Of a stretch of DNA of 64,000 bases, positions 43,643 through 53,692 are shown piece by piece. Source of the DNA: Clostridia bacterium (GTDB lineage: Bacteria > Bacillota > Clostridia > Oscillospirales > CAG-382). The stretch's first letter is position 1. The number at the start of each line of letters is the position of its first letter. Under the pieces are notes generated by a model. It was not told where the DNA came from and ran no database searches. It saw nothing but the letters and a program-made list of their open reading frames with translations. Where the stretch lies: the NCBI GenBank assembly GCA_017625615.1, contig JAGAKP010000015.1:15146-79145 (forward strand). The letters run 5' to 3'. Both the position numbers and the translations under genes were made by a program.

Positions 43643-45649
43643 TTATTCCAGTTCAAATGCGCCGGTATAGAGGCGGTAATAGGTGCCCTTTTCGGCGATA
43701 AGCTTTTCGTGGTTGCCGCGCTCGATTATCCTTCCCTTTTCAAGTACCATAATAACGTCGGAGTTTCTTACGGTGGAAAGGCGGTGAGCGATGACGAATA
43801 CCGTTCTGCCGTGCATAAGTGCATCCATACCCCGCTGAACGATCTCCTCGGTACGGGTATCTATAGAGGAGGTAGCCTCGTCAAGTATCATAACGGGCGG
43901 ATCTGCCACGGCGGCGCGTGCTATGGAAATAAGCTGGCGCTGTCCCTGAGAAAGACCGCTTCCGTCTCCTGAAAGCACCGTATCGTAGCCGTTGGGAAGC
44001 ATACGGATAAATCCGTCTGCGTTGGCAAGGCGGGCGGCGGCGATACACTCCTCGTCGGTGGCGTCGGGTCTGCCGTAGCGGATGTTATCCATAACGGTGC
44101 CCGTAAACAGATTTACGTCCTGAAGCACCACACCCAAAGAACGGCGGAGGTCGTTTTTGCGTATCTTGTTGATATTTATGCCGTCGTAGCGTATTTTGCC
44201 GTCGTCGATATCGTAAAATCGGTTGATAAGGTTGGTTATAGTAGTCTTTCCCGCGCCCGTTGCGCCGACGAAGGCGACCTTCTGACCCGGCTCGGCGTAA
44301 AGGGAGATGTTGTGGAGAACGAGCTTTTCGTCGGTATAGCCGAAATCCACGTCCTCAAGCACCACGTTGCCCTTCAGCTCGGTATAAGTAACCGTTCCCT
44401 CTGCCTGATGAGGATGCTTCCACGCCCACAGACCCGTTTTTTCCTCCGTTTCGGTGAGGACGCCGTCAACGTATTTTGCGTTTACGAGGGTGACGTAGCC
44501 GTCGTCGGGCTCGGGAGCTTCATCAAGTAAAGCGAACACCCGCTTTGCGCCTGCCATTGCCATTGCGATGGAATTTACCTGATTGGAAAGCTGTGAAATG
44601 GGGCGCATAAAGGATTTGGTAAGGGTGAGGAAGGACACGATCATACCAAGTGACAGCGCGTTTAAAAGGGTGGGGTTTTCTCCCCCGATAAACTGAAAAA
44701 CGCTTTCTATGGAAAGGTTTATATTAAGTCCCCTTCCCGCGCTGTAAATGGCGATAGCACCGCCTGCAATGGCGATAACCACGTACAGCAGATGGGAAAA
44801 TGCGTTCATAAGAGGGCCCATCATATTACCGAATTTATTTGCTTCGGTGGATACGCGGCACAATTCGTCGTTTATTTTATCGAACTGCTCCTTTGCTATC
44901 TCCTCGCGGTTAAAGACCTTGACCACCTTCTGACCGTTGATCATTTCCTCGATAAAGCCGTTTTCTTTACCGAGGGCTTCCTGCTGCTTGACGAAGTATT
45001 TGCTTGCGCCCTTGCCGATCTTGCCGATAATGCCCGTAGACAGCATAAGCACCGCCACGGAAAGGAGGGTGAGCCAGACGGAGGTATACAGCATGGAGAA
45101 CACCACGGAAAGTATCATAAACAATGATGATATAGTCTGGGGAATAGTCTGTGAAACAAGCTGACGGATGGTATCCGTATCGTTGGTGTAGCGGCTCATT
45201 ATCTCGCCGAAGGAATGGGTATCGAAATACTTTACGGGCAGGGACTGCATATGGTTGAACATATCGGTACGGATGGTCTTGAGTATGCCTTGGGATACCT
45301 TTGCCATCATAAGGTTATAAAATAGTCCCGCAAGAATGCCGATAAGATATATTACCACCATTCCGCCGATAGCCACCAGAAGGGCTGCAAACAATTCCTC
45401 TGCGGGGTTCTTTGCAAGCGGGCCGATATAATCGTCGATAAGCGTCTTCTGGAACAGAGCGGAGGCAACGGATGCCACCGAGGACAGAATGATAAACAAA
45501 ATTACGAAGAATATGCGCAAACGGTAAGGCTTGAAGTACTTAAGCAGCCGTTTTGCCGTTACCTTATCGAGGGGCACCTTTTTGCCGCGCATACCGGGGC
45601 CTCTGCCGTGGGGGCCGTGAACGGGACGGGAGTTTTCCTGCTTGCTCAT
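43643..45649 (-). CDS. ABC exporter, fused permease/ATPase (heterodimer partner B)
   Basis: GATGAGKTT Walker A, LSQGQRQL signature and MILDEATSSID Walker B. Confidence 0.9.
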   Translation of the reverse strand: MSKQENSRPVHGPHGRGPGMRGKKVPLDKVTAKRLLKYFKPYRLRIFFVILFIILSSVASVASALFQKTLIDDYIGPLAKNPAEELFAALLVAIGGMVVIYLIGILAGLFYNLMMAKVSQGILKTIRTDMFNHMQSLPVKYFDTHSFGEIMSRYTNDTDTIRQLVSQTIPQTISSLFMILSVVFSMLYTSVWLTLLSVAVLMLSTGIIGKIGKGASKYFVKQQEALGKENGFIEEMINGQKVVKVFNREEIAKEQFDKINDELCRVSTEANKFGNMMGPLMNAFSHLLYVVIAIAGGAIAIYSAGRGLNINLSIESVFQFIGGENPTLLNALSLGMIVSFLTLTKSFMRPISQLSNQVNSIAMAMAGAKRVFALLDEAPEPDDGYVTLVNAKYVDGVLTETEEKTGLWAWKHPHQAEGTVTYTELKGNVVLEDVDFGYTDEKLVLHNISLYAEPGQKVAFVGATGAGKTTITNLINRFYDIDDGKIRYDGININKIRKNDLRRSLGVVLQDVNLFTGTVMDNIRYGRPDATDEECIAAARLANADGFIRMLPNGYDTVLSGDGSGLSQGQRQLISIARAAVADPPVMILDEATSSIDTRTEEIVQRGMDALMHGRTVFVIAHRLSTVRNSDVIMVLEKGRIIERGNHEKLIAEKGTYYRLYTGAFELE

Positions 45650-47400
45650 TTGTCTTCTCCTCCCTTCACCTGAGAATCGTATACCTCGCGGTAGATATCG
45701 CTGTTTTCAAGCAGATATTGGTGAGTTCCGCAGGCGGAGATCCTTCCGTCATCAAGAACGATAATTTTATCCGCATCCTGCACCGAGCTTATACGCTGTG
45801 CGATAATAAGCTTGGTGGTATTGGGTATCTCCTCGCGGAAGGCTTTGCGGATAAGCGCATCCGTACGGGTATCCACCGCCGAAGTGGAATCGTCGAGAAT
45901 AAGAATTTTGGGCTTTTTAAGCAGTGCGCGGGCAATACAAAGGCGCTGCTTTTGTCCGCCCGAAACGTTTGCGCCGCCTTGGTCGATAAGGGTATCGTAC
46001 TTATCGGGGAAGGTCTGTATAAATTCGTCGGCGCAGGCGAGACGGCACACGTGCTCTATCTCCTCGTCGGTTGCCTGCGGGTTGCCCCAGCGGATGTTTT
46101 CCTTTATAGTGCCCGAAAACAGCTCGTTTTTCTGAAGCACCATTGCCACGTTATCGCGGAGAGTTTTTATATCGTACTCCCGCACGTCTTTTCCGCCCAC
46201 GGACACACTGCCCGAAATAACGTCGTAAAGACGGGGAATAAGAGAAACGAAGGTAGACTTGGAGGAGCCCGTACCGCCGATGATGCCTACGGTTTCGCCC
46301 GAATTGATGGTTACGTTTACCTTATCAAGACACTTTTTGCCCGCATCGCGGGAATAGGAAAAATCAACGTCGGTAAAGGTTATCGAACCGTCAGCAACCT
46401 CGTATACGGGATTTTCCGGGTTGACGATATCGCTTTTTTCATCCAAGATCTCAACCACGCGCTCTGCGGAGGCTTTGGACATAACGATCATAACGAACGC
46501 CATGGAGACCATCATAAGGCTGGTAAGTATCTGGGATGCATAGGTGATAAGGGAGGTAAGCTGACCGACGGAAAGTCCCCCCGCAACCTCACCGTTGCCG
46601 CCGCAAGCGGCTATAACCTTTGCGCCGAACCAAGCGATAATAAGGACGGTGGCGTACATACAGCCCTGCATTACGGGGTTATTGAAGGCAAGTATCTTTT
46701 CCGCCTTTACGAAATCCTTGTAAATGCTATCCGAAATGACGCCGAATTTTTTCTTTTCGGTCTCCTCCTGCGTAAAGGATTTTACCACGCGGATACCGCG
46801 GAGGTTTTCTTCTACCACCTCGTTGAGCTTATCGTAGGTTTTGAATACGCGCTTGAACAGAGGGTGCGCTTTCACCATAATAAAAGCAAGGGCGAGCGCC
46901 AGAACGGGGATCATTATAACGAACACCAGCGACAGCTTTAAGCTGATACGGGCGGCGAAGATAAAGGACCATATAAGCATCATAGGACTGCGGACAGCCA
47001 TACGGATTATCATCTGATACGCCATGGTGACGTTGTTTACGTCGGTGGTGAGGCGGGTAACTATACCGCCGGTGGAATACTTATCAATATTGGTAAAGGA
47101 ATAATTCTGAATATTATGATACATATCGTGGCGCAGATTACGTGCAAGTCCCGCAGAAGCGGTTGCGGCGTACTTTGCGGCAAGAAATCCGAAGAGCATT
47201 ACCAAAAACGCGGAAATGACAAGTATTATTCCGTACTGGACTATAACGGGCAGGTTACCCTTTTCTATACCCTTGTCGATAAGGGATGCGGTTATGTAAG
47301 GGATAAGCACCTCCATAACCACCTCCAGCGACACGGTGACGGAGGTCAGCACTGAGGGCTTTTTGTATTCCCTTATGCAGGAAGCAAGTCTTTTAAGCAT
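45646..47400 (-). CDS. ABC exporter, fused permease/ATPase (heterodimer partner A)
   Basis: GGTGSSKST Walker A, VSGGQKQR signature and LILDDSTSAVD Walker B. 4-nt overlap with the partner gene. Confidence 0.9.
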   Translation of the reverse strand: MLKRLASCIREYKKPSVLTSVTVSLEVVMEVLIPYITASLIDKGIEKGNLPVIVQYGIILVISAFLVMLFGFLAAKYAATASAGLARNLRHDMYHNIQNYSFTNIDKYSTGGIVTRLTTDVNNVTMAYQMIIRMAVRSPMMLIWSFIFAARISLKLSLVFVIMIPVLALALAFIMVKAHPLFKRVFKTYDKLNEVVEENLRGIRVVKSFTQEETEKKKFGVISDSIYKDFVKAEKILAFNNPVMQGCMYATVLIIAWFGAKVIAACGGNGEVAGGLSVGQLTSLITYASQILTSLMMVSMAFVMIVMSKASAERVVEILDEKSDIVNPENPVYEVADGSITFTDVDFSYSRDAGKKCLDKVNVTINSGETVGIIGGTGSSKSTFVSLIPRLYDVISGSVSVGGKDVREYDIKTLRDNVAMVLQKNELFSGTIKENIRWGNPQATDEEIEHVCRLACADEFIQTFPDKYDTLIDQGGANVSGGQKQRLCIARALLKKPKILILDDSTSAVDTRTDALIRKAFREEIPNTTKLIIAQRISSVQDADKIIVLDDGRISACGTHQYLLENSDIYREVYDSQVKGGEDK

Positions 47401-47409
47401 AGTTTACCT

Positions 47410-47829
47410 CTATATCTTGGTCTCGAATGATTTTCTGCATTTCGGACAGGACACGGTATGCTTTCCCTTTTGCTTGGGAAGGCGTAAGGTCACCTTGCAA
47501 TGGGGGCACTTTTTGTAAACGTGAGTTTTTCTGTCCCTGAATTGAGCCTTTTTGCGCTTGAAAAATGATTTCATTCTATTCTTGAAGGCAACGTATTTAT
47601 CGTTTTCCCGTCTGCGCTTGTACACGTTTTTGGAAAGCAGACGGAAAATCGAATATGCAAGCAAGCCGTAATAAATGGCGGAAAGGAATATACCCAGCCA
47701 CAGGTTTCTTACAAAAACCGAAATAAGCGCAACCGCCACTGCCGACCAGCTGCAAAGACGGAACAGATCGTCGGGACCGTTTCTGCCCATCATAAAAACG
47801 TAAAACTTTTGTGCTAATTTGCGAAACAT
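47410..47829 (-). CDS. Zinc-ribbon membrane protein
   Basis: Two TM helices followed by CPHC...(14)...CPKC. Confidence 0.65.
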   Translation of the reverse strand: MFRKLAQKFYVFMMGRNGPDDLFRLCSWSAVAVALISVFVRNLWLGIFLSAIYYGLLAYSIFRLLSKNVYKRRRENDKYVAFKNRMKSFFKRKKAQFRDRKTHVYKKCPHCKVTLRLPKQKGKHTVSCPKCRKSFETKI

Positions 47830-47830
47830 T

Positions 47831-48364
47831 TTATTTGTTCAATTCTCCTTGTATATTCTGCTTCATTCGCTCTATATAGGCGCAAAACTGAAGTATCTCC
47901 TCGTCGGTAAAGTCCTTTACCAAGGTCTTTTCCACTATTTCTTTATCCTCTGCCATAAGAGCAATTATCATATCGCCCTTTTCGGTAAGGGTGAGCTTCT
48001 TAAGGCGTGCGTCCCCCTCCACTCCCTCGCGGCGGATAAACCCTTTTTTCTCCATAAGAATTACCACCTTTGAGGCGGTGGAGCGGGTTATGCAAAACTC
48101 CTTTTCAAGATCCCTTTGGAAAACGTCCTTCCCCTCGTGGTGCTTTATGTACTGGAGTATCCACGCGTTTGAGCCGGTGGCGGTCTCTACGTAATTCTTA
48201 TTAAGCTTTGCGGAAATAAACCGCATTATAAGATTGGAAAGGGAGCGTACCTCCTTGCCCGCCCTGTGTGCACTTTGGTCGCAGGCGGAATGAGTGCATT
48301 TTCGTAATTCGGGCTTCAAAAAACAAAACCTCCTTTTGTCGGAAATCGGATTGTCGCATATCAA
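47831..48364 (-). CDS. MarR-family transcriptional regulator
   Basis: Winged HTH RDLEKEFCITRSTASKVVILMEKKGFIRRE. The start is uncertain. Confidence 0.8.
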   Translation of the reverse strand: MICDNPISDKRRFCFLKPELRKCTHSACDQSAHRAGKEVRSLSNLIMRFISAKLNKNYVETATGSNAWILQYIKHHEGKDVFQRDLEKEFCITRSTASKVVILMEKKGFIRREGVEGDARLKKLTLTEKGDMIIALMAEDKEIVEKTLVKDFTDEEILQFCAYIERMKQNIQGELNK

Positions 48365-48382
48365 ACATTTTTTCCAAAGCGG

Positions 48383-48411
48383 ATTATACTACTATTTTTA
48401 TATTTCGTCAA
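48383..48411 (-). promoter_or_regulatory. Sigma-A promoter of the MarR-ABC operon
   Basis: TTGACG-17 nt-TATAAT on the minus strand. Confidence 0.55.
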
Positions 48412-48547
48412 GGCTATTCACATATTGTTTACAACAAAAAGAAAAAATATGGGTATGTTTTCAGTTTATTAATATTATTACCATATCGCGCTAAAAAAAT
48501 ACTGTTACAATTTCTGCGTAAAACCAATTACAAGGAGGAATTTTTAA

Positions 48548-49405
48548 ATGAAAAGATTATTACTGCCGTTGTTTGCAATTTTACTTATCTTTTCCGCCTG
48601 CAGCGGCGATCTTCCCCTTCCCGAGGAAAGCGTTCCTCAGAACAACTCTTCCCGTCCCGACGTTAACACCGATAATTCAAAGGATCAAAGCACGGACACT
48701 TCCGCAACACCCGAAGAGACCCTTATAGACCCCGTGGTATCTCCCGACGGAAAGTATACCTTTACCGTTACGAAGGACGAAATATACGTAACCGACGAAG
48801 AAAACAACAAAACGGTACTTGAAAAAGACCTTATTCCCGAAAACGCCACCGTTACCGCGGCGGTATGGAGACAGGGAAAGGTGTACATAACCTTCACCTC
48901 CGATAAGGACACCCTTGTTTGCTGGGACATGGAAAGCGCGCCCGTTAAAATAAAGGAGGGTATTAAAAACACCTATTCTCCCCTTTCCGTTACGGATTAC
49001 GACGTGCTGGAAGCAGGCGACTTTCTTATAATCCCCTTCCACGACGGAAGCATGGACAGTCTCGTTTCAAGAAAGGATCTCGTCCTCGGTTACGTGGTTT
49101 ACTACGATAAAATGAGTGAAACCGACCACGTCCTTACCCTTGACGAGGGCAGAGAGACCATTTCCGTTACCGCGCTTGCCGACTGCAAGGTTACGCTCCT
49201 TGACTGCGATACGGAAAAAGCACTTTCCGACAAGGTAACCCTTAAGGCGGGGGAAAGACTTTTTATAACCTGCGCCATTCCCGAGGGATTCCCCGCATAT
49301 AAGATCCGCCTTGATCTCGGCGAGGAGACAAGCACCTTTACCGTCGCATACGACGGCAGAGGCGAGACCAACGTATGGTTCCTCACCGCCGACACTTACA
49401 AATAA
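48548..49405 (+). CDS. Lipoprotein, function unknown
   Basis: AGGAGG Shine-Dalgarno upstream. Lipobox FSAC. Beta-rich body. Confidence 0.6.
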   Translation: MKRLLLPLFAILLIFSACSGDLPLPEESVPQNNSSRPDVNTDNSKDQSTDTSATPEETLIDPVVSPDGKYTFTVTKDEIYVTDEENNKTVLEKDLIPENATVTAAVWRQGKVYITFTSDKDTLVCWDMESAPVKIKEGIKNTYSPLSVTDYDVLEAGDFLIIPFHDGSMDSLVSRKDLVLGYVVYYDKMSETDHVLTLDEGRETISVTALADCKVTLLDCDTEKALSDKVTLKAGERLFITCAIPEGFPAYKIRLDLGEETSTFTVAYDGRGETNVWFLTADTYK

Positions 49406-49423
49406 TACTTGTAAAACAGCAAA

Positions 49424-49448
49424 ACGCCCTGCTTAAAAAGCAGGGCGT
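49424..49448. terminator. Bidirectional terminator
   Basis: ACGCCCTGC-ttaaaaa-GCAGGGCGT between convergent genes. Confidence 0.65.
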
Positions 49449-49454
49449 ACATTT

Positions 49455-50063
49455 TTACTTTTTGTTAAATCTAAGTGCCGACCACATTATTATGATGATC
49501 TGACCGGGTATGCCTACGAGGAACAGCTGCCACATAGGCAAGCCGCAGAGACGCAGGTTTACGTACAGCGCGCCGATAACCGACCACATCAGCAAGGAAA
49601 CGATGGGATAATTCCACTTTGAGGGGAACCACACGCAGTTGAAGATGAGCCACACCACCGCAGAGCAGGGCACGGCGTATACGAAGGCGAGCCAATGGAG
49701 AGTGGTTATTGCGGGCACTGCCTGGAGAATAACGAAAAGTGCCGTCGCGATAAGCCAGACCAGAAAAATGCTCATACCCATTACGGCAAAGCGGTTGCGC
49801 AGTATCCGCTTTTTCTTCGCCTCCTCGTCCTCAACGTTGACAGGTGCGGAGGTATGCTCCTCGGTAACCAGCCAATCCAAGGTAACGCCGAAAAGGTCTG
49901 CCATTTCTTTAAGCACGGTAATGTCCGGCATAGACTCGCCGCGCTCCCATTTGGACACGGCTTTATCCGAATAATTCATTTTTTCGGCTAAGTCGAGCTG
50001 TGTCATTCCCGCAGATTGACGGAGCTGTATTATGTTTTTGGCGATAACGCTTTTAAGTTCCAT
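49455..50063 (-). CDS. XRE-family HTH protein with four C-terminal TM helices
   Basis: NIIQLRQSAGMTQLDLAEKMNYSDKAVSKWERGES HTH followed by a hydrophobic C-terminal half. Start taken at MELK. Confidence 0.75.
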   Translation of the reverse strand: MELKSVIAKNIIQLRQSAGMTQLDLAEKMNYSDKAVSKWERGESMPDITVLKEMADLFGVTLDWLVTEEHTSAPVNVEDEEAKKKRILRNRFAVMGMSIFLVWLIATALFVILQAVPAITTLHWLAFVYAVPCSAVVWLIFNCVWFPSKWNYPIVSLLMWSVIGALYVNLRLCGLPMWQLFLVGIPGQIIIIMWSALRFNKK

Positions 50064-50245
50064 ATAAAAAATCACCGTCGTAATATGTTTACACTACAGT
50101 ATATCATATCACGACGGGATTATCAAGTTTTTTTGCGTTTTTTACTATACGGTTTTCATTAAAAATGTTCGCCATATACGATGCTGCGCTTTAAAAAAAC
50201 AAATCACCACAAAACGACTTTGCAAAATACTCTACATGAATATTG

Positions 50246-50548
50246 TTAAATTATGCCCTCTTCAGCAAGCATAGCAGTATATTCTTCAAACACAGCATCA
50301 ACGATATCGTCGTCTTCAACAATTTCCAAAACATCTTCTCCATCATCTTCTATAATAGCAAAGACTAATGCTTCGTCGTCTTCAACGCCTTCCATCATTT
50401 CGATTGGTTTAAGAATCACGTACATTTCTCCATCTAACGGAATCAGTGCAACCTGCTCAAAGGTAACCGCTTCATCTTCTTCGGTATATAACACTATAGG
50501 ATCAGTGTCGTTGGGATCAAGGATTTGCTCAATTGGAGTTTTTGCCAT
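50246..50548 (-). CDS. DUF1292-like hyper-acidic small protein
   Basis: 100 aa. By my count, 32 Asp/Glu against 2 Lys and 0 Arg. DUF1292-like pattern: VLYTEEDEAVTFEQVALIPLDGEMYVILKP...DDEALVF. It lies 19 nt downstream of the TIR-TPR gene. Confidence 0.7.
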   Translation of the reverse strand: MAKTPIEQILDPNDTDPIVLYTEEDEAVTFEQVALIPLDGEMYVILKPIEMMEGVEDDEALVFAIIEDDGEDVLEIVEDDDIVDAVFEEYTAMLAEEGII

Positions 50549-50567
50549 TGTAATGCTTCATTTCTTT

Positions 50568-53048
50568 TTATGATTTTAAAATCGTTATAGCCTCTTTTTT
50601 CTTTTTTTTGTAAGTTTTGTCATCAGGATACTTTTCTGAAAGCTCAGTCCATATCTCTAAAGCGCTCTCCATTAAGTCGCGTTCTAAAGTTACCATAGCG
50701 AGTTTATAGCAAGAAGCGGCAACTCGAGCATAGCTCGTGTCCGATTGCATTTCTTCACACAATTCAACACACAGATCCAAGTGCTCTTGATAATAGCAGG
50801 CAGCTTCTTCTTTTTTTCCTAACACCTTACTAATCCGTCCAATTGCATCGAGAATTTCGATTTTTACTTTTTTATCTAAATAAGGAGCTTCTTTTTCATC
50901 TACTTTATTATACAATTGGAGAGCAGAAGAATAATAAGAATGCGCAACTTTCAAATCGCGTTTTTCTTTTGCAGTCATAATATATCCGCCGTAAAGTGCA
51001 TCGTCAGGGTCACCGTTTTCGGTTGAATCATAGCACGATGCGAGCGTTGCGTATTGCTCGATCAAATCGTAATACGTCTGTGCGCTCGGATATTCCGAAG
51101 CAATATTCCGAAAAATTTCAAGTGACAGCTCTTGGTACCTTTTGGATTTTCCAGTCAACCACAAACTCTCAAAAAGCGTTCCCATCATCGAGTACATACA
51201 GCCCAACAGTTTTTGTGAATGTATGTTTTTCTCTTTTTTCAATTTGACGGTAACCGAATTAATTGCCTTCCGCATTTGCTTGATGGCTTTTATGGTTTTT
51301 CCTCGACTAAAAAAGTAGTGAGAAAGCATAAGATAATTATCATCATCTTTAGCGTGGGCGAAATTCTTTTCTTTGAATATTTTATCTGCTCGTTTTATAT
51401 ACAGACGTGCTTTTTTTGAATCGCCAAGAACTTTAAAATATCTTCCTATTGTGTCGCACAAATCTATCATTTTTAATGCAGGACCGTCATTGTTTTGCGC
51501 CTTCATTATAATTTCAAGGAAGTCAATAGCTTTGATCAGCGAATAAGCCGCCTCGTTATAATTCTCTGTTTGTTCAAGGCTTTCAGATAGTTCGCAATAT
51601 AAAGTGACGAGATGCCACCTTGTTTTCATCGATCTTTCCTCGTCATAAAGAAGAGATCCGAATTCCACAGCCTTTCTTCTGTATTGTACCGCTTCGGCAA
51701 GTTTATTAAGTTCTGAATAAACTCTGCCAACGTTTCTATAACTATCCGAAAGTAACTCTTTAGAACAGTCAAACTGATCGCACAGCTTATGCGAAATAGG
51801 TATCATTTGCTGATAATAATCCAACGCAGAAATATTATCTGAATTTTCTTCACAAATCATTCCCGCAAGAAGCAGCGCCGTGTAATGGTTAAAATAGCTA
51901 TCCTCATCGTGGTTTGCTTCCAAAGATTCCTTGGTAATATTTATGCTTCGTCTTGCCCATTTTTGGGATTCTTCGTAATCTTTAGATACTTGGTCGCCGC
52001 GGTTATAAATCTTCGACAATTCTTCCGCCGCTTCCGCCACGTTTTCGTTTGCCGCAATTTCAAGCAAAGCTACGGCTTTGGTGGGATTTTTTTCTACGTC
52101 GATTCCCCTCAAATACGCAATCCCCATGAGATATCGATGATGTGATGTGTCTTCTCTTTCCAAACGCGCACTTAACAGATTCAAAAGCGCACCCGAGCGT
52201 GCTCTCTCATCATACGCATCGATGGGGTCTGAAATACCCGGATAATATTTTTTTAAATCGGTTATATCTGTTGGCACTAACTCTGCGGGAACAATGGGTA
52301 TAACATTGTTGGCAGCAGGGTATTCTTCGTCCATAACATAATTTGGTTTTTCCAATACATTGGGTGTTACTGCCAACAAAAACAGGTCGCTTTCGCTCAA
52401 TATGTTACGAATGTTTTTTTCAAAATCATCGCCCGGAACAAGAAACTCGTCATACCAGATGGCGACATTTTCCAACATTTTGTGTTCGTGTATAAGCGAC
52501 ATAATAGCTTGAGCATATTCTCGGTCTTTTTTTCTGTAACTCAAGAAAATCTTTGCATAAAACGCTTTTCGAACTTCATCGACAAGCGAATCATTTGCTA
52601 ATATGGATTTAAGAAAATTCCCCAGTTTTTCCATATAAGGAAGGGCTGTGTGATCATTATCACTCTCTTTTAAAAACTGAATGTTGCCAAACTTCTGTTT
52701 GTATCCTGTTTCTATGTTGTTTTCTTGTACCAACGGCAAAATGGGTATATTATGCTCAATAGCAAACGCAAGATCAAAATTTATGGTTCTATTCTGTGTG
52801 CAAAGAAGCTCTGTCGTGACGGGAATAACAAAAAGATCCATCTGTTTCAGATTAAACCTATACTCATCGTCAGTTGCAACATCACTTTTCGGAGGATAAT
52901 AGTATATCGCACAATCACAAATATCAAAAATTTGGTCAAATATCTTATCGGAAAATTTTTCAAAAGCAGAGTCACAACAAGAAAAATAAACCTTGGCTTT
53001 ACCTCTTGGAGAATCTCCCTTTTTTCTCGTACGCCAACAAATATTCAC
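50568..53048 (-). CDS. Tandem TIR-domain protein with Sel1/TPR repeat C-terminal region
   Basis: GTG start 7 nt after AGGAG. TIR-like module 1 covers aa ~17-110. Module 2 covers aa ~165-260 (KIFLSYRKKD, WYDEFLVPGDDF, SDLFLLAVTPNVL, YVMDEEY). aa ~300-826 are helical Sel1/TPR-like repeats. No P-loop seen. Confidence 0.75.
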   Translation of the reverse strand: MNICWRTRKKGDSPRGKAKVYFSCCDSAFEKFSDKIFDQIFDICDCAIYYYPPKSDVATDDEYRFNLKQMDLFVIPVTTELLCTQNRTINFDLAFAIEHNIPILPLVQENNIETGYKQKFGNIQFLKESDNDHTALPYMEKLGNFLKSILANDSLVDEVRKAFYAKIFLSYRKKDREYAQAIMSLIHEHKMLENVAIWYDEFLVPGDDFEKNIRNILSESDLFLLAVTPNVLEKPNYVMDEEYPAANNVIPIVPAELVPTDITDLKKYYPGISDPIDAYDERARSGALLNLLSARLEREDTSHHRYLMGIAYLRGIDVEKNPTKAVALLEIAANENVAEAAEELSKIYNRGDQVSKDYEESQKWARRSINITKESLEANHDEDSYFNHYTALLLAGMICEENSDNISALDYYQQMIPISHKLCDQFDCSKELLSDSYRNVGRVYSELNKLAEAVQYRRKAVEFGSLLYDEERSMKTRWHLVTLYCELSESLEQTENYNEAAYSLIKAIDFLEIIMKAQNNDGPALKMIDLCDTIGRYFKVLGDSKKARLYIKRADKIFKEKNFAHAKDDDNYLMLSHYFFSRGKTIKAIKQMRKAINSVTVKLKKEKNIHSQKLLGCMYSMMGTLFESLWLTGKSKRYQELSLEIFRNIASEYPSAQTYYDLIEQYATLASCYDSTENGDPDDALYGGYIMTAKEKRDLKVAHSYYSSALQLYNKVDEKEAPYLDKKVKIEILDAIGRISKVLGKKEEAACYYQEHLDLCVELCEEMQSDTSYARVAASCYKLAMVTLERDLMESALEIWTELSEKYPDDKTYKKKKKEAITILKS

Positions 53049-53143
53049 GCTTCGGCTCCTTTAATTAAAATAACGTTTTATAATCAATTTTCAAGAAAAG
53101 CATGTATGTCATAAGCCGGTAGTGATTAATTTTCCGGTATACC

Positions 53144-53692
53144 TTATTTGCTTGACGTTGCTCTTTTATACAAAAACAATAGGGGCGGTGTGTTGTTGCG
53201 AAGTATGAACACGGGGAGCATACTTAAGACAAAATTAACTATCGCCACGGGCATCCACACCCAAAATCCGCCGCAGAAGGGCAGAAATCCGATAACGAAC
53301 CCGCCAAGGGCGTTTACGATATGTATTGCCACGCCGTAATTGGATTCAAGCAAGAAACGGCGGAGGTATTCGGTATCGTCGGTGCTTTGAAGCTTGTCCT
53401 TATGGAAGCCGGTAAATCCGCCGAGCTCGGGCACGAGGACAGTTATTTTTTTAAGCTTTATTTTTGAATAAAACTTTTTTTCTTTTCGGGACACGTCAAA
53501 GGCTTTCTTCCCTGCCGCAAACCATTTTTCGGGCAGACGGCGGATGAGAAACGCCGTTATTCCGTCGTATGCGATGACGGACACGGTGCCGAGGACGGAA
53601 AACAGCAAGATTTTCCAAAAATCGCCGTATGCGATGGCGTTTGCGGTGACGATTATTGCGTTTGCTAACAGGATGACTGCTGTGTAGAACAT
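53144..53692 (-). CDS. Membrane protein, function unknown (possibly CrtO-like acyltransferase fold)
   Basis: Four TM helices with a central basic loop. It overlaps the upstream acyltransferase gene by 28 nt. The family assignment is tentative. Confidence 0.5.
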   Translation of the reverse strand: MFYTAVILLANAIIVTANAIAYGDFWKILLFSVLGTVSVIAYDGITAFLIRRLPEKWFAAGKKAFDVSRKEKKFYSKIKLKKITVLVPELGGFTGFHKDKLQSTDDTEYLRRFLLESNYGVAIHIVNALGGFVIGFLPFCGGFWVWMPVAIVNFVLSMLPVFILRNNTPPLLFLYKRATSSK

